Source: a virus (taxonomy: Duplodnaviria > Heunggongvirae > Uroviricota > Caudoviricetes). From it: a stretch of 21,415 nt of DNA. The notes beneath the pieces are model-generated. The model had not been told where the DNA came from, did not search any database, and was given only the letters and a program-made list of their open reading frames with translations. Position 1 is the stretch's first letter, and each line of letters begins with the position of its first letter. The DNA is taken from positions 1 to 21,415 of IMG/VR virus record IMGVR_UViG_2737471822_000004, one strand, 5' to 3'. A program made the position numbers and the translations under genes. Shown one piece after another: positions 1 to 8,047 of this stretch.

Positions 1-705
1 TTAATTGTCTCTGATGGTTTTGGAAAATAGATCGTTGACTTCAAAACCATACCTTACAACCAAGTCATATGCTCCAGATTCTATGTATGAGTTTTCAAAA
101 TCCTTTTTGCTGTTTTCTGTGTAACCTCCTATTCCTATTAAATAATCTTCCACCTCTTTTAATCTTGTCGATTTTTCTTTTCCAGTATTCAATAACTTGC
201 TATCGTCATCAAATTCTGCTTTATATTTTTCATGTAGTTTAGTTATAGAGGGGGATAAATTTTTAATTTTAAGAAGAATATTTTGTTGATCAGTGTCTCT
301 TAATTCCTTAATGTAAGGGTTGCTATAAAAAGTTTTTTCAAAGCAACTGGTTATATCTTTGTTTAAAAATGTTTTTAATTCCTTCATTCTTACATCATGT
401 GATTTTTTACTGTCATCTTCAGATGGTTGACGCATAAGTATTTCTGTTGGAGAACATTGGGAGATTGCATCAACAACATATTTTCTTGAATATTCCTTTC
501 TTAACTTTAAATATAGAGTTTTTTCTTTGTCTTGTAATTGTTTATATTCGATTTCTTTTTTTGCTATTGATTCCTGCAGATTTGCATTTTGGTATATCGG
601 AATTACTGTGTAAAATATTGTAAAGGTTGTCAAAAAAAACAATCCAACTTGGGCAATGTAACTTACTCTAATCAACCATAAATCAAATTTAGTATTAGTA
701 TTCAT
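1..705 (-). CDS. Hypothetical membrane-anchored coiled-coil protein, cargo gene B (234 aa), paralog of the upstream gene
   Basis: Complete ORF with stop at the window edge. N-terminal hydrophobic helix (IAQVGLFFLTTFTIFYTVIPIYQ) followed by a K/E-rich heptad-like region. N-terminal ~50 aa align with ORF 722..1570 (shared FYTV.PIYQ...E.IAKKE motif). Very AT-rich. No recognisable catalytic motif. Confidence 0.65.
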   Translation of the reverse strand: MNTNTKFDLWLIRVSYIAQVGLFFLTTFTIFYTVIPIYQNANLQESIAKKEIEYKQLQDKEKTLYLKLRKEYSRKYVVDAISQCSPTEILMRQPSEDDSKKSHDVRMKELKTFLNKDITSCFEKTFYSNPYIKELRDTDQQNILLKIKNLSPSITKLHEKYKAEFDDDSKLLNTGKEKSTRLKEVEDYLIGIGGYTENSKKDFENSYIESGAYDLVVRYGFEVNDLFSKTIRDN

Positions 706-721
706 TATAAGATATCCAATA

Positions 722-1570
722 TTAGTCTAAATGTTGAATGTCTTTTAAGAAATCCATGGCGCGGATTCTTGATTGACCATTTATCAGGAAAATATAAGAT
801 GATAGTTCTCTTTCTGCAGTGTTATTTTTCATTATTTCGTTTTCATTTTTGCGTAACTTAGTTGACTCTATAGTTTTTATCAGACTATTAATTTTTTCAT
901 CAAAACCGATAGGTTTTTTTGTTAATGAAATCTTATTTTTTTCAATAGCGCGACGGATCTTTGCTAGAATTTTGTTGCGGATATTTTCAGGGACATTTTC
1001 TGAACTTGAGATAAAGTTATGATTGCCATTTTTTAATGCTTCATTAATTGCATCATAAGGAGATATATATAAATTACTAGGAGTATTATAGGCTGTTTTG
1101 GCGTCACCCAGTGTATTGTTCACAAAATCTGTGCTCTTAGAAATATAAACTACTCCAACTAGCCCCGAAAAATTCTCCCAGAAAACAGATTCAAGATTCT
1201 TGTTGTTTGCATTGACCGCTCTTTTGGAAATGGTCTTTTGTTTATTTAGTTCATTTAAAGTTTTTCTTAGTTCAGAATTTATTGAATTTAATTTTTCTTC
1301 TGATTCTTTGTATTGTAAATCAAGTTTGGCAATGCTTCCCTCCAATTCTTTTCGTAAGATTTTATTATTCTCTATAAATTTTTGGGAGTTTTCCATTGCT
1401 GTTTTTAATTTATTTAATTCAACTTCTTTTTTTGCAATTTCTTCTGATAAAAGTTCCTTTTGGTAAATTGGTCTTACTGTATAAAAATATCCAAAAATAG
1501 CAAATGCCACCAATACAAACTGTGATACATGGCTAACTCGGCTCAAAAAAACATCAACTTTATTTGACAT
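722..1570 (-). CDS. Hypothetical membrane-anchored coiled-coil protein, cargo gene A (282 aa)
   Basis: N-terminal TM helix (FVLVAFAIFGYFYTVRPIYQ) then a long coiled-coil-like segment. Start aligns with the paralog start. GAGG 5 nt upstream of ATG. 16-nt spacing to the downstream gene suggests an operon. Confidence 0.65.
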   Translation of the reverse strand: MSNKVDVFLSRVSHVSQFVLVAFAIFGYFYTVRPIYQKELLSEEIAKKEVELNKLKTAMENSQKFIENNKILRKELEGSIAKLDLQYKESEEKLNSINSELRKTLNELNKQKTISKRAVNANNKNLESVFWENFSGLVGVVYISKSTDFVNNTLGDAKTAYNTPSNLYISPYDAINEALKNGNHNFISSSENVPENIRNKILAKIRRAIEKNKISLTKKPIGFDEKINSLIKTIESTKLRKNENEIMKNNTAERELSSYIFLINGQSRIRAMDFLKDIQHLD

Positions 1571-1604
1571 AACGCCTCTATAAGATTCTCTTTTTATCTA
1601 CAAC

Positions 1605-1610
1605 ATTATA
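1605..1610 (-). promoter_or_regulatory. Possible -10 hexamer (TATAAT on minus strand) for the cargo operon
   Basis: Perfect TATAAT about 35 nt upstream of the 282-aa start codon. The region is AT-rich, so a chance match is plausible. Confidence 0.25.
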
Positions 1611-2004
1611 ATTTTTTAATGAAAAAAATCATCTAAAAATTAGTTCAAAGCAATACGTTCAAACTGATATTGATGCTTAGGAGCTAATCGGTACGTATTG
1701 ATGGTACAACAGAAAAGAACAATAGAAAGCTTGGGGGCTGACGTTGCTACTGGCGCACATACCCATGTCGTACTAAAAGAGTTCATTTGATTTTATAACT
1801 ATATCAGCCCGTTATTTTTATGTTGATGCGAACAGCCCCGCACGCCTGCCCGCTTCGCTTAACAGACTGGTTTTCATGCACCTCATAAATCGTCTCAGAA
1901 GCCACCACACGAGGGCTTTCTCGTCAAAAATGGTGCATAAGGTTCATGCGTTTTCATGCGCTATAGACATGCACTCATGCGCTCTCAGGCCAGCCAGGGA
2001 AAAG

Positions 2005-2034
2005 GTGTTAAAAATCCCGGTACTCGACCGGGAT
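2005..2034 (-). terminator. Rho-independent terminator after the sid-psu-delta operon
   Basis: Perfect 8-bp stem ATCCCGGT / ACCGGGAT (2014-2021 and 2027-2034) with a 5-nt loop. On the minus strand it is followed by UUUUAACACC. Lies about 20 nt downstream of the delta stop. Confidence 0.7.
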
Positions 2035-2054
2035 TACGTGGGCGTTTTTTCTAA

Positions 2055-2336
2055 TCAGACAGGAATCTGCTGACGGCTTGACAGTTTTGACGCGGAGCCA
2101 TAGCGATTGAGCGTTTGCTGTTGTTTTACCGGGGGTTGTGATTTGTCTGGTTCCTGTTCATTGCGCCGGGGTTTCATGATTATCTTATCCACACTCTCCA
2201 GTGCCGTAAATGTGCAGGAACATTCCAGATTCTGGCACTGATACCACGAGCGTTTAACTGACGGAGCTTCATAGGCTGCTGTTCTGGCGTGTGCAACTGT
2301 ACCGCATTCCGGACATTTAAGTGCCATTAAAATCAC
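2055..2336 (-). CDS. delta: Ogr/Delta-family zinc-finger late transcription activator (93 aa)
   Basis: Translation carries the CPECG...HART...YQCQN.ECS zinc-finger pattern typical of P2 Ogr / P4 Delta. Start overlaps the psu stop by 4 nt. Confidence 0.85.
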   Translation of the reverse strand: MILMALKCPECGTVAHARTAAYEAPSVKRSWYQCQNLECSCTFTALESVDKIIMKPRRNEQEPDKSQPPVKQQQTLNRYGSASKLSSRQQIPV

Positions 2337-2884
2337 TCCTGTATATCGTTAATGTCATTCAGGCGTTGCTGAAAATGCAGATGTTGTGCCGGGGTGTAAG
2401 AGTCCTGGCAATCACGAATCATCCCGGGGTCAGGTATCAAACCGGATTCATCCAGGATCTCACGATAATCCCCGGCAATTTCAGGCGGTGTTATTGCCAG
2501 CTGGCGAACCAGAGCACTGCGTAATATACGGGACGCAACGTCAACCCCTCCGCGTCCCTTCAGGAACGGAGCCAGTGCAGATGTCAGGGCTGCCCCATTC
2601 GCCTGCATAAAATTGCTGAGAGCTGCTTCTGTGCAGGCCTCCATCAGTAAATGCTGCGAGTAAATGCATTCGCGCGCAGCACAGTTAATTTGCCATTTCA
2701 GCACATCCAGACGTTCCCGCAGTAATTCGAGCTGTCGGGCATAATCTGCTGGTTTTTCTGTGGCAGCAAGGAGAGATGCTATCTGTTGTTCAACGGCTTT
2801 TCGGCTCTCACTATGTCCGGCCCACAGAATACGGGCATTCCGAAAACTGGTAAGTGCCTGGTCAGGCGTGCCTCGGGCCGTCAT
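2333..2884 (-). CDS. psu: Psu-like polarity suppression / capsid decoration protein (183 aa)
   Basis: Size, all-helical composition and recalled P4 Psu motifs (LKWQIN.AA, FMQ..G.AL..ALAP, YTPAQ). Sits inside the late operon, coupled to sid and delta by 4-nt overlaps. Confidence 0.7.
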   Translation of the reverse strand: MTARGTPDQALTSFRNARILWAGHSESRKAVEQQIASLLAATEKPADYARQLELLRERLDVLKWQINCAARECIYSQHLLMEACTEAALSNFMQANGAALTSALAPFLKGRGGVDVASRILRSALVRQLAITPPEIAGDYREILDESGLIPDPGMIRDCQDSYTPAQHLHFQQRLNDINDIQE

Positions 2885-3624
2885 ACTGCTTTCTCCTTCT
2901 CAGCAAGTTCCTGACGAACCTTAATTTTATGCATAGCTGCCGGAGAGAGTTGATTACTGAAATCCAGACGCGCCGCATAATCCGGGGCAATTCCCGCCAG
3001 TTTAAACACCGGGTCCTGTTCAGGCATCGCATCGTTAGCCAGAGCCGGTCTGGTGATATGTTTATGAATAAAGTCTTTCAGCACTGTGTCCGGGTCATTA
3101 ACTGAATTCACCACACCCACAACGGCACTGGCTTCCCGGCCCATTGTGGATTTAAGCAGGCTCAGCGTCTGAATAAGCGCTTTTCCATGCGACTGCATAA
3201 AATCTTCCCAGATTTGTTTTGCACGAATATCCACAAGAATATTATGCGCGTGGATATACTTTCCGGCTAATTCTGCAGCTTTCTGCGGCAAAAGTGCATT
3301 TTCGCTTTCCTGAGCCGCCAGCAGCTCATCAAAATCCTCAAGCGTTTCTCGTCCCAGCGCAATTTCCGTGCGCAGTTTTTTCATTTCCTTTGAGACCACG
3401 CCCTGACTTTCACGAAACAGCGTGCGCCACTCCTCATTCAGTGTGTTCGTCGTGGCTTCCATTTCAGCGCGACGCTGGCGGATTGTCGCAATATTATCCG
3501 CTGCCGCTTTCTGCTGACGACGTGCTTCAAGCCATGCGTTTCTGGCTGTGTTCATGGTTTCCAGTGCCCGCTGCGTTACAGCCGGAAAAGTGGAAAGGTT
3601 GTTATTCACTGCGGTGTTGTTCAT
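2881..3624 (-). CDS. sid: Sid-like external scaffold / capsid size determination protein (247 aa)
   Basis: First gene of the late operon, immediately downstream of tandem TGT-N12-ACA dyads. Size close to P4 Sid, helical Ala/Glu-rich sequence. AGGAG 6 nt upstream of ATG. Confidence 0.65.
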   Translation of the reverse strand: MNNTAVNNNLSTFPAVTQRALETMNTARNAWLEARRQQKAAADNIATIRQRRAEMEATTNTLNEEWRTLFRESQGVVSKEMKKLRTEIALGRETLEDFDELLAAQESENALLPQKAAELAGKYIHAHNILVDIRAKQIWEDFMQSHGKALIQTLSLLKSTMGREASAVVGVVNSVNDPDTVLKDFIHKHITRPALANDAMPEQDPVFKLAGIAPDYAARLDFSNQLSPAAMHKIKVRQELAEKEKAV

Positions 3625-3658
3625 GACTTCTCCTGTCGGGTTGGTTCGTTACGTCAAT

Positions 3659-3714
3659 TGTGTCGTGGCTGACACAAGCACACTATCGGTGATCAGTGTG
3701 TGGTGGCTGGCACA
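3659..3714 (-). promoter_or_regulatory. Late promoter region with two TGT-N12-ACA dyads (Ogr/Delta-type activator binding sites)
   Basis: TGTgtcgtggctgacACA at 3659-3676 and TGTgtggtggctggcACA at 3697-3714, centres 38 bp apart, about 45 and 80 nt upstream of the sid ATG. Confidence 0.6.
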
Positions 3715-3802
3715 ACGGGCGCTTGCGGTTATTCAGACGTGGCTATGAAAGCCAGCCAGATAAAAATGCCCTCTGTTTCAGTCTGCTTTATGTCCCTGAT
3801 GC

Positions 3803-3991
3803 GGTGGAACAGGTGAAACATGTGTTACTGCTTTGTTTTATAAAGTATTTATATACACTGCACCGGTGGAACATCGCGGGTAACAAGGTGGAACAGCGGA
3901 TTGGCTGGCGTTACATCTGTTCCACCTCACTATTTCAGAAGGTGAAACAGGTTCAGCCCTTGTAAAATACGGTTGTTCCACCTGTTTCACC
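3803..3991. repeat. Iteron cluster: 8 copies of 9-mer GGTG(G/A)AACA in both orientations, candidate alpha-binding origin/crr
   Basis: Copies at 3803, 3812, 3866, 3887, 3941 (forward) and 3919, 3974, 3983 (inverted, TGTT(C/T)CACC). Outer pairs form an 18-bp inverted repeat. Located between the alpha stop and the sid promoter. Confidence 0.7.
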
Positions 3992-4025
3992 TGTTACCCT
4001 TAATAAATAAGACTCACGCAAAGCC

Positions 4026-6698
4026 TTAACCCGGCACCTCGCTGTTGAAGACATAGAGCCTGCGGGGATTCATCTCTGGCGGGCGAATGGTTGTCTGGAG
4101 TTTGCCATCAGTGGAGGGCAGCAGGTATCCACGATCTGCGCACAGACGCGCCACCTTGCGCGGGTCAAATCCCCTGCAGATTTCTTTCCAGCCGGACGGC
4201 ATGACATAGAACGTAGTGACAGCTTCCGTGCCCTGCGCGGTACTGCCTTTCTCCACCCTTCGCCAGCCCACCATATTGCCGGGGCGGTTGCGCTCGTCAT
4301 ACCAGTCTGCAAAGCGGCTGTACTGATTCGCGGTAAAGAAACTGCGAACCTGCTCCAGTGCGGCGATATCTTCCTGATTGGCGGTGTGCCCGCGATCTTT
4401 CAGCCATGCGTTCAGGCAGACGCGGGTTGCCCGCAGTGCTTCACCCTCAGGCCAGCCGGTGATACCCAGACGGGTTGCCAGTTCACCTGCCATCGCCACC
4501 AGTGCAAAGCGGTTCACAGCCCGGCCCACTTGATTGCCTGCATCTTTCGGAGTCAGGGCGGCAGCATATTCCTTCATCAGCGATTTTGCCTGTGCCGTTA
4601 GTCCGTTAAGATCAGCGGTCAGTGCTTTCAGCCACTCCCGGAACGGCGAACCGTAGTAGCAGGACGTGGCCCATTCAAGATGCTCTGCCAGAGCCTTGCC
4701 GCTGTCGAAGCCGTGCAGCTCCTCAAAAACGCCAAACTTCCCGGAATCGCTGGGGATCTGGATCATCCTGACTTCCATCCCGGCAAAAGTACGCTCACCG
4801 GCCTTTGCCGCATGTTCGGTCAGAGACAACTCGCCAGTTGAAAAGAACAACAGGCGCCACTGCTTACGGGTACGCAGCTCACCGTCCGTACCGGCACGGC
4901 CCTTGCCTTGACCGTTTGCCAGCATGTAGGCGATATTGCCTGCCTCGCGTCCGTCAACTTCCCGGATCTCATCAAGCATCATGGCGGCATCGTTGCGGCG
5001 GCTGGCGCATCCCTCCAGCGCGTTGCCGGTGGCCCGCCATGTCTGCCAGTAGTCAGGCCCGCCGCAGACGGAGGTTGCTGCTTTCATGGTGGTGGTCTTA
5101 CCGTCTGTCGATTCCCCTTTGAGGTGGTAGCCGCCGCCGTCCATACCAACCAGCCGTAACAGTGGTGCAGCAAAGGCCAGGCTGACAGCAAATGCCACGC
5201 GGGAGTTGCCGGTACAGTAGCGGGATACATGCTCCCGCCATTCCTCTGTTGTGCCCGACACGCGGAAATCACGCCCCTGCACGGAAGTGGTCTGGAGAAT
5301 GACACCCTCTGCACCTTCACCGCTGACCTCATCCTGCAGGACGTAAACCTGACCATGCCAGCCAGTACGACTGACGCAGGTCACGCGGCGTTCCGGTTTA
5401 CACAGTGAGATATATTCCATCAGGCGTGCGCGTGCCTCACCGGTGGTGCTGATATAAGACAGCCCGTTAACCAGCAGTACCCGGCGCAGTTCCTCACCAC
5501 TGCCGCTCAGCATTTCCATCGGCATCGCCCAGCGGCGACACTCACCCCACGTATCTTCCCATTCCAGCAGTCGTCCGAAGTTACCGCCATCGGCATCGCA
5601 GGTGATTGCCGTCACGCGCAGCGGGCTGCATATTTTGACGTTCTGGATCTCCGTCTCACCGTTGCGCTGTACCTGCTTTTCATACCAGAGATATTCCTGG
5701 GTAAGACGGAACCCGTGCGGCAGTTGCGTGCGGCTTTCCCCGCACAGTACCAGACCGTTGCGAAAGGCTTCACGGGCACGGGTAATACCGTGCTCCCGAT
5801 GAAAGTCATTCCAGTCAGCCTTAATCTCTCCTGGTGGCAGCGTCATCCAGCCGCCAACAGCTTTTGCCGCCCGTTCAGCAAAGGCTCTGCCGGGATTCTC
5901 ACCCCCGTCCTGAAAATCGTTATCACCGGCGATGATAATTTTTACCTCAGGCCAGCGTGCCCGCAGCGACTGCGCCACATTGGGCAGGTTGCCCGCAGAT
6001 ATGGCAGCCACTACGCATCCGGCAGTGAGCTGGCTTACCGTCAGCGCCGTAGCGTAACCTTCGGTAATCACCACCTGTATCGGTGGTTCAGACGGTAACG
6101 GGCTGAGCGACACAAACGCGCCTTTCATCGTGCTGCCGGGCAGTATGCTTTTTTCACCCGTCGGGGCGATAAGCTGTGCACCGGTCACGGCTCCGGTGTT
6201 GGTCGTGAGTGGTAACAGCAGGGAACCGGCAGGAAAATCCTTACCGCTGATATGCTGTACGCTTCCGGTCAGAGAGGCCGGGTATCCGGCGAACCCTTTT
6301 CCTGTCAGATAGGCGCTTTCTCCCGTGTGGCTCTCTTTCATCAGCGCCGCCACGGTAAGACCCATGTCGCGTTTAGGGGCTTTTTGTCTGGCAGGCTTAA
6401 CAGGCAGTTCCTGCATATCCGGCACATTAAGCACCTGCGCCACCTCCTGCGCAGCCTTTCTGACGCTGTAACCGGTTACGAGCTTAACCAGATCCAGACC
6501 GTCACCATTGCCACACTGGCTGCAGATCCACGTCCCGCGCCCGTCAAGGTCATCAAGGCGAAAACGATCCTTGCCCCCACATTTCGGGCAGGGACCGTGC
6601 CTGCCGTTTTCAGGTACATCAATACGCAGCATCTGCAGAATAACGGGCCATTTCCCCCGTGCGGCGGCTGAAACCTGCGTAACCGTCTGTATTGTCAT
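4026..6698 (-). CDS. alpha: Alpha-type primase-helicase (890 aa)
   Basis: N-terminal zinc-binding CPKCGG...CSQCG, TOPRIM-like EGYATAL / AGDND acidic motifs, C-terminal Walker A GESTDGKTT. Start overlaps the upstream ORF stop (ATGA). Confidence 0.9.
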   Translation of the reverse strand: MTIQTVTQVSAAARGKWPVILQMLRIDVPENGRHGPCPKCGGKDRFRLDDLDGRGTWICSQCGNGDGLDLVKLVTGYSVRKAAQEVAQVLNVPDMQELPVKPARQKAPKRDMGLTVAALMKESHTGESAYLTGKGFAGYPASLTGSVQHISGKDFPAGSLLLPLTTNTGAVTGAQLIAPTGEKSILPGSTMKGAFVSLSPLPSEPPIQVVITEGYATALTVSQLTAGCVVAAISAGNLPNVAQSLRARWPEVKIIIAGDNDFQDGGENPGRAFAERAAKAVGGWMTLPPGEIKADWNDFHREHGITRAREAFRNGLVLCGESRTQLPHGFRLTQEYLWYEKQVQRNGETEIQNVKICSPLRVTAITCDADGGNFGRLLEWEDTWGECRRWAMPMEMLSGSGEELRRVLLVNGLSYISTTGEARARLMEYISLCKPERRVTCVSRTGWHGQVYVLQDEVSGEGAEGVILQTTSVQGRDFRVSGTTEEWREHVSRYCTGNSRVAFAVSLAFAAPLLRLVGMDGGGYHLKGESTDGKTTTMKAATSVCGGPDYWQTWRATGNALEGCASRRNDAAMMLDEIREVDGREAGNIAYMLANGQGKGRAGTDGELRTRKQWRLLFFSTGELSLTEHAAKAGERTFAGMEVRMIQIPSDSGKFGVFEELHGFDSGKALAEHLEWATSCYYGSPFREWLKALTADLNGLTAQAKSLMKEYAAALTPKDAGNQVGRAVNRFALVAMAGELATRLGITGWPEGEALRATRVCLNAWLKDRGHTANQEDIAALEQVRSFFTANQYSRFADWYDERNRPGNMVGWRRVEKGSTAQGTEAVTTFYVMPSGWKEICRGFDPRKVARLCADRGYLLPSTDGKLQTTIRPPEMNPRRLYVFNSEVPG

Positions 6699-7078
6699 AC
6701 TTCCCCCTCATACAACGTCACACCGGTACTGCAGAAGTCATCAAAGGCCGCCGGAAGCGTGCGGTACATCTCCGCCATCACTTCACAGCCGCGCGCGGTC
6801 AGTACCGGCGGCGCGGTCAGCAGTGACGGCTCCAGCATGTCAGTCAGCAGTGCCAGCGCGGCAGCGGCGCCCTGCACTTCGCCGTACTCGTTAATCAGTA
6901 CGCACTCGATATGCAGCGCAATGGCCATTTCAATACGCTCCACTGTCAGGCTGTGCGGACCATACTGATCACTGCCAGTTTCGTTCAGCATTTTCTGCCG
7001 CCATGCTGAAGCAATAGCCCGCCGGTAAAGCGCGGTGGTCATTTCTACCGGGAAAATGGAAACCTGCGGCTGGTTCAT
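6695..7078 (-). CDS. Hypothetical protein (127 aa), immediately upstream of alpha
   Basis: ORF with ATGA stop/start overlaps on both sides. Position is analogous to the small genes preceding alpha in P4 (orf151/epsilon region). No motif recognised. Confidence 0.55.
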   Translation of the reverse strand: MNQPQVSIFPVEMTTALYRRAIASAWRQKMLNETGSDQYGPHSLTVERIEMAIALHIECVLINEYGEVQGAAAALALLTDMLEPSLLTAPPVLTARGCEVMAEMYRTLPAAFDDFCSTGVTLYEGEV

Positions 7079-7359
7079 CTGGCACCTCCTTCAATCAGTG
7101 CGCAGCTGTGTGCAATATCCGTCAAATCTGCCAGCAGGTACTCCATCAGCGCGGCGACACCAGGCGCACAGCCTGCGTCCAGTGCTCCGGCCTGAGACGG
7201 GTATTCAGAAAAGAGAAGCTGGAGCATGTCGCAGGCATTTCTTGCGCGGGTCAGCTTTCCGAAACTGTCCTCTGACAACCCATAGGCAAAAGCACCGGTA
7301 TTGTGTTTTTCAGGCAAAGTGTGGCCCTGAGCACCGTTGAGCCCGTTTGAAATATTCAT
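7075..7359 (-). CDS. Hypothetical protein (94 aa)
   Basis: GGAG 10 nt upstream of ATG. Stop overlaps the next start. Epsilon-like by position and size only. Confidence 0.5.
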   Translation of the reverse strand: MNISNGLNGAQGHTLPEKHNTGAFAYGLSEDSFGKLTRARNACDMLQLLFSEYPSQAGALDAGCAPGVAALMEYLLADLTDIAHSCALIEGGAR

Positions 7360-7390
7360 CGTGAATTACTCCGTTTTCAGCGGTATTTTG

Positions 7391-7750
7391 TCAGAGAAAC
7401 TTTGAATAGTGACCGTCGTCAGGCTCAGCAGAACGCCGTATGGTACGCTCCCGCCAGCGGATAAATAGCACAGACGGATGCAGTGTCAGCGGGCCGGAAC
7501 CACTACTGCCTGCAGGAGCTGGTGCAGGCTTAAAGAGCGGTACATCAAACAGGCGCGTATACCGCTGTTCAAACCATGCCAGAGGGCAGGAAGAAAGCTG
7601 GTTGTCGCTGTCATGACGTATCAGCACTTCACAGCTGAATTCAGGATTAACCAGCGCCACAGAGGGCGAGGCTTCTATTAATCGGATAATCGTGACCGTC
7701 CAGCCACGTTCATGCTGCCAGCGTTCGCCGGGGTGCGGATAATTACGCAT
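7391..7750 (-). CDS. Hypothetical protein (119 aa from the RBS-supported ATG; the ORF extends to 7780)
   Basis: GGAGGTG 5 nt upstream of the ATG at 7750. Overlaps the end of the upstream small ORF by 8 nt. Confidence 0.5.
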   Translation of the reverse strand: MRNYPHPGERWQHERGWTVTIIRLIEASPSVALVNPEFSCEVLIRHDSDNQLSSCPLAWFEQRYTRLFDVPLFKPAPAPAGSSGSGPLTLHPSVLFIRWRERTIRRSAEPDDGHYSKFL

Positions 7751-7919
7751 GTTCACCTCCGCAGGGAATGCGCCCGGCAAAGCTCAGTACATAGTCCGGG
7801 GCAAGTCTGCGCCGCGCTGATCGTTCGTTATCTGCGGTGATCCTTAACATCACAGGACGGGCATTGCGTTGACTGCGGTTGATCGCCGCAAATAACCAGG
7901 TACACTTCTGTTTAGCCAT
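7743..7919 (-). CDS. Hypothetical small protein (58 aa), first gene of the replication operon
   Basis: GAGGT 8 nt upstream of the ATG at 7919. The longer 76-aa ORF lacks an RBS at its first ATG. Confidence 0.4.
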   Translation of the reverse strand: MAKQKCTWLFAAINRSQRNARPVMLRITADNERSARRRLAPDYVLSFAGRIPCGGEHA

Positions 7920-8003
7920 CTTCGTTACCTCATATAACGTGCTGGTCAGACGCCTCGGTGCTGCTGCAAACACTCCGGGGCGTTGCTATTTTGTTTTTCT
8001 GTG

Positions 8004-8047
8004 TGTAATGTGTCATTACACATAAATACATTACAATGGGTGTAATT
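8004..8047. promoter_or_regulatory. Divergent promoter/operator region with GTAATG-type palindromes
   Basis: TGTAATG-tgt-CATTACA perfect palindrome at 8004-8020, further CATTACA (8029-8035) and TGTAATT (8041-8047) half-sites overlapping the start of the plus-strand regulator gene. Confidence 0.45.

Noticed and set aside
819-1466. Plus-strand ORFs 819..1022 and 1200..1466 inside the cargo gene
   Set aside because: Antisense to a well-supported minus-strand ORF in AT-rich DNA. Translations are Phe/Leu/Ile-rich low-complexity artefacts.
1876-2073. Plus-strand 65-aa ORF spanning the cos-like region and the delta terminator
   Set aside because: No RBS, it runs through a terminator hairpin and into the delta 3' end. 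Most likely non-coding.
3219-3965. Plus-strand ORFs 3219..3626, 3548..3748 and 3696..3965 over sid and the iteron region
   Set aside because: Antisense to sid or overlapping the iterons and late-promoter dyads. No translation signals. The regulatory interpretation explains the region better.
3803-3991. Short repeats that might suggest a CRISPR array
   Set aside because: Repeat units are only 9 bp, occur in both orientations with irregular spacing and no spacer-like unique units. They fit replication iterons, not CRISPR repeats.
4070-5356. Minus-strand ORFs 4070..4312 and 5084..5356 in alternative frames inside alpha
   Set aside because: Out-of-frame overlaps with the primase-helicase ORF. 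The translations are Arg/Pro/Trp-rich, typical of frame artefacts.
4386-6894. Multiple plus-strand ORFs (60-139 aa) antisense to the alpha gene
   Set aside because: They lie wholly within the long, motif-rich minus-strand alpha ORF. Open frames like these are expected on the antisense strand of GC-rich coding sequence. No RBS or coupling support.
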